Below are positions 60,442 through 64,000 of a stretch of 64,000 bases of DNA, one piece after another. Under the pieces are notes generated by a model that did no database searches, was not told the origin of the DNA, and saw only the letters and a list, made by a program, of their open reading frames with translations. Within the stretch, counting starts at the first letter, position 1, and every line of letters begins with the position of its first letter. This DNA comes from Candidatus Kapaibacterium sp. (lineage in GTDB: Bacteria; Bacteroidota; Ignavibacteria; Palsa-1295), in the NCBI GenBank assembly GCA_017882165.1, contig JADGPZ010000003.1, positions 878-64,877 on the forward strand. Direction: 5' to 3'. Position numbers and translations under genes: made by a program.

Positions 60442-61032
60442 CTACGCAGCCTCTTTCAACGCCGCTCTAATCAGCGCCTCCACGCTTTTCGCCGATTCCG
60501 GTTTATCCCGCACAACGCTTCGGATTGCCTTCTCCGCCACAACCCGCTGATATCCGAGCGCGACAAGCGCTTGCAGTGCATCGCTCCGAACCTTGGCAGC
60601 GCCGGTGGTTGGCGGCGCATACGTCTCTTCCTTCAGCAGTTTGTCACGGAGTTCCACGATGAGCCGTTCGGCAGTTTTACGACCAATGCCTGGAATCGCT
60701 GTCAATCGGCCTGTATCTGCCGAGCCGATGGCCTCGCGAAGATGCTCCGCGCCGAGTCCAGAAAGAATGCCGACCGCCGTCTTTGGTCCGATGCCGCTGA
60801 CACCAACGACCAGATCGAAGAGTGCGCGCTCCTCCATGGAAGCAAAGCCATAGAGCGTCATGGAATCTTCTCGAACGACCAGGCGTGTCCACACCTCACA
60901 CTCACCTCCGAGCTTGCCGGCCTGTTCGTAGGCTTCCTGCGTGCACAGGACTTCGTAGCCGACGCCTGCGGCCTCGATGACGATCGTAAAGGGTGCTTTG
61001 TGCCGGACTTTGCCTCGAAGGAGTGAGATCAC
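60442..61032 (-). CDS. ruvA: Holliday junction branch migration protein RuvA
   Basis: MISLLRG (GTG 61032), GVGYEV, VRED...LYGF, VSGIGPKTA, IPGIGRKTAERLIVELRDK and AL.ALGY. Confidence 0.97.
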   Translation of the reverse strand: MISLLRGKVRHKAPFTIVIEAAGVGYEVLCTQEAYEQAGKLGGECEVWTRLVVREDSMTLYGFASMEERALFDLVVGVSGIGPKTAVGILSGLGAEHLREAIGSADTGRLTAIPGIGRKTAERLIVELRDKLLKEETYAPPTTGAAKVRSDALQALVALGYQRVVAEKAIRSVVRDKPESAKSVEALIRAALKEAA

Positions 61033-61194
61033 GAAGAGAACCTGGATTACGCGGATTGAGGGCGGCGCAACCATGGTTGCGCCAGATTACACGGATTGAT
61101 TTCGGGATTGACAAGCACTGACATGCGAAATCAGTTTCCGGGTTTGAGTAATATAGCGCCGGGCGTTTCCTCCCGGCGCTACAGGCATAATGGC

Positions 61195-61884
61195 TTAGCT
61201 GCCCACCGTCAACGTCAACTCGGGATGCTCTTGCCTCATGAAGCTCACCGCGACGCCGATATTGAAAAGGATCGCGAAGAGTGCTCCGACAAAAGTAACG
61301 TAGCTGAGTGCGGTCGAGACCGCTCCGAAAACAAAGCCAACGAGATAGAAAATGCCACTGGCAAAACCGCAGAGGTTGACCCATTTGGCAAACGTCTTTG
61401 TCCGCGCCGACGCCAATGCTGCTACGAATGTGACCAAAGCCATTGCTCCCACGCCTGCGGTCTCCGTGTAGAACCGCAATTGTTGCACGGCTTGCGATAA
61501 GCCGAGGGAGTTGGTGGATGCATAATCGAGCGCAGACATTCGAACGCCATACACTCCGATCGTCCCGGCTACAAAGAACAGAGCGGACGCGATGACGCCC
61601 CATCCACCGAGTATGATTCCGAGCCACGGCTGCTTCCGGGAGAACTTTTGGGTATATGCTGCGGCAAGGATAAAGGTTGTGAACGCAAAAACCCAATCGG
61701 AGAAGTAGGCCACGGTCCAACCACTTTTGTGATCGACCATACATTTGGCGGCCTTGGCCGTGCTTTCCCAATCCGACACCTGCATCCCCCATTGTGGTAG
61801 AGCGACCATGTAAATAGCCCCCACCACGATGAGAAACAACGACTGCACCAATGCCGCCTGCGCGGCAAGCTTACGAATACTCAT
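61195..61884 (-). CDS. Multi-pass membrane protein (DUF4386-like)
   Basis: 229 aa with about 6 hydrophobic helices; family assignment tentative. Confidence 0.6.
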   Translation of the reverse strand: MSIRKLAAQAALVQSLFLIVVGAIYMVALPQWGMQVSDWESTAKAAKCMVDHKSGWTVAYFSDWVFAFTTFILAAAYTQKFSRKQPWLGIILGGWGVIASALFFVAGTIGVYGVRMSALDYASTNSLGLSQAVQQLRFYTETAGVGAMALVTFVAALASARTKTFAKWVNLCGFASGIFYLVGFVFGAVSTALSYVTFVGALFAILFNIGVAVSFMRQEHPELTLTVGS

Positions 61885-61991
61885 AATCCCAATCTCCCGG
61901 TTAGTGAATGAAAAACGGATACGAAGGAAGTGCTACAATAATACGAAATCAGAGTGCAAAAAGCAAGCTCCTTCCTGCCGCGTCACAACAA

Positions 61992-64000
61992 TCATCCCAT
62001 TCTGCGCCAGGCAATCTCGTACTGAGTGCGTCCGGCGTGTCGCTTTGGCGCTGGTTTGGCAGCCGTCTTCGGCTTCACTGGTTGCGCGCTCACAGCCGGA
62101 GCTGCAGCCGTTTCAACGGCCTTCAGTGGTACCGGAGAAGACTTCCCGCCAAACTTCAAAAGCTTAAGCTCGCGGTACGCAGGCGTGTTCGGCACGATGG
62201 CCGGCGGGGGATCTTCGCGCGTGCCAGTGAGATAATAGTTGATAAGCTTCCGCGCGATTGGCGCGGAGACGACGCCACCAAATCCTGCATTCTCAACGAG
62301 CACGCAAATCGCGATCTTCGGTTGATCGTACGGCGCGAAGCAATCGAACCACGCGTGGTCCTTGCCGTGCGGATTTTGCGCCGTGCCGGTCTTGCCGGCG
62401 ATCATGATCTTCGAGCCTGGAATTGCGGCCTGATGCGCCGTGCCACCCGGTTCGTTGACGACGCCATACATCGCACGCCGGACGGTCTCGATCACCGAGT
62501 CCGGCACATGAATCTTTCGCGATTTGTAAGCCACGGTGTCCCACTTTCCTGTCGCCATGTTGCAAATCATTCTGGCCGCATGGGGCTGCACCCACACTCC
62601 GTGGTTCGCCCATGTCGCCATGTAGGCTGCCTGTTGCATTGGCGTCACGCCGATCTCGCCCTGGCCAATGCCCTGACTCACGACATATCCAAGCGTCCAT
62701 CCGCGCGGATAGAGCTTGTTCATCCGCTTGGTGTTCGGGATGTAGCCGCTGCCTTCGTGTCCGACATCGACGCCCGTCGGCTGATCGAAGCCGAACTCAC
62801 GCGCGTACTTGTACATCGAGTCGATCCCGAGCTTCAGCACCATTCGATAATAAAACACATCGCACGAGCGGACGATGGACTGGTGAATATCCACAGAGCC
62901 GTGAACGGCATCGTCGTTATACGTATGATTGCCAAACGTAAACGAACCCGGACAGGAGAGCTTGAAATCGAACGGGATCGTCTTGGTCGTGAGACATGCT
63001 GCTGCCATCATGAGCTTCCACGTCGAACCGGGCGGGTAGCGCGTTTGCGTTGCGCGATTGTAGAGTGGATGATCGGGATCGAGCATCACCGACTGATACT
63101 CTCGCTTCGAAGTCTTGCCGGAAAAGAGATCGAGATCGAAATCGGGTTTCGAGACAAGCGCGAGTATGTCACCATTTCGCGGATCGAGCGCGACGATCGC
63201 ACCGTGGTAAGCCCCAAGCAATTGCTCGGCGTATTCCTGCAAGTCGATATCCATGCCGAGTTGCACGTTGTCGCCATCGAGGCCGGGCACATCGGTGATG
63301 CCGTTGTTCAATCGTGACTGCGCTTGCCCGCGCGCATCGACGGCTTTGAACTCATAGCCCTTCGCGCCGCGCAACTCGCGCTCGCGGACCTGCTCCATGC
63401 CCGTCGTGCCGACGACATCGCCGGGATGATAGTAATCGCTATCGGCGGTGCTATCGAGGCGGTTCAGCATGGACTCCGAAATTTCCTTCGTGTAGCCGAG
63501 CAAATGCGAGGCACGCACCGGCGCAACATACTCGCGCTTCGACTCCGAGACGATGTCAACACCCGGTAACAGGTCCCGACGCTCCTCGATCGCCGCGATG
63601 ATCCGCGCATCGGCATCGCGCCAGACTTTGATGGGCTGGAACCGCGTATAAAATCCGCCCTGATTGATCCGCTCCAGAATGTAATTCGTATCGACGCCGA
63701 GAATGCGCGCGAGCAGTGGAAGCGTCTGCTTGCGAACGGGATCGAAATCCTGCCGTGTGACAGCAATACTGAATGAAGGCACACTCGCCGCCACGACGCG
63801 GCCCCGGCGGTCATAGATCGTGCCGCGCACGGGCACGCGCTCGATCTTTTTCAGACCCTGCTCGATCGCCGCGCCGCGCAGCGCGGGACCTTCGACGATC
63901 TGAAGCTGCACGAAGCGCACGAGGAATCCGAGGAACACGATAATAATCGCGCCCGCCATAATCCGCCCACGCAAGGGCGATGCAAACTCGTGTTCGTTCA
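61992..64000 (-). CDS. mrdA: Penicillin-binding protein 2 (start codon clipped by the window edge)
   Basis: RG.IYDR, GTTGME, YPPGSTWK (SxxK), SCDVFYY, IGQG, AGKTGTAQ and DHAWF. The frame is open to position 64000. Confidence 0.95.
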   Translation of the reverse strand, partial: NEHEFASPLRGRIMAGAIIIVFLGFLVRFVQLQIVEGPALRGAAIEQGLKKIERVPVRGTIYDRRGRVVAASVPSFSIAVTRQDFDPVRKQTLPLLARILGVDTNYILERINQGGFYTRFQPIKVWRDADARIIAAIEERRDLLPGVDIVSESKREYVAPVRASHLLGYTKEISESMLNRLDSTADSDYYHPGDVVGTTGMEQVRERELRGAKGYEFKAVDARGQAQSRLNNGITDVPGLDGDNVQLGMDIDLQEYAEQLLGAYHGAIVALDPRNGDILALVSKPDFDLDLFSGKTSKREYQSVMLDPDHPLYNRATQTRYPPGSTWKLMMAAACLTTKTIPFDFKLSCPGSFTFGNHTYNDDAVHGSVDIHQSIVRSCDVFYYRMVLKLGIDSMYKYAREFGFDQPTGVDVGHEGSGYIPNTKRMNKLYPRGWTLGYVVSQGIGQGEIGVTPMQQAAYMATWANHGVWVQPHAARMICNMATGKWDTVAYKSRKIHVPDSVIETVRRAMYGVVNEPGGTAHQAAIPGSKIMIAGKTGTAQNPHGKDHAWFDCFAPYDQPKIAICVLVENAGFGGVVSAPIARKLINYYLTGTREDPPPAIVPNTPAYRELKLLKFGGKSSPVPLKAVETAAAPAVSAQPVKPKTAAKPAPKRHAGRTQYEIAWRRMG

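Noticed and set aside
61908-63317. 469-aa plus-strand ORF
   Set aside because: It is antisense to mrdA and has no recognisable motifs.

Overview
This 64-kb window is bacterial chromosome, probably from an FCB-group organism such as a Kapabacteria/Ignavibacteria/Bacteroidota relative. That assignment is inferred from a T9SS-type C-terminal domain, TAnnTTTG -7 promoter boxes, a mitochondrial-type aconitase and bS22. Housekeeping genes include aconitase, eno, coaE, trxB, queG, pgk, a wzc/PHP-phosphatase/GT4 cluster, tuf plus the S10-spc operon (which stops at rpmD), fusA, comM, tRNA-Ala and tRNA-Asp, cmk, ispH, ruvA and mrdA. A 9.7-kb glycosylation block separates fusA from tuf. The main points of interest are: (1) a module bracketed by toxin-antitoxin pairs, encoding a rusticyanin-like cupredoxin joined through one in-frame TAG to an outer-membrane barrel, a Cyc2-type cytochrome-porin and a diheme cytochrome c; (2) a degenerate non-coding element (REP hairpin, sigma70-like promoter, boxA-like motif) present three times; (3) single cargo genes bracketed by gene-end fragments (a duplicated ispH 5' end, and DNA-methyltransferase N- and C-terminal stubs); (4) a renalase-like enzyme with a long Gly/Tyr/Arg low-complexity tail. 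No CRISPR array, rRNA, integrase or transposase was seen. All family assignments come from motif recognition by eye; no searches were run.
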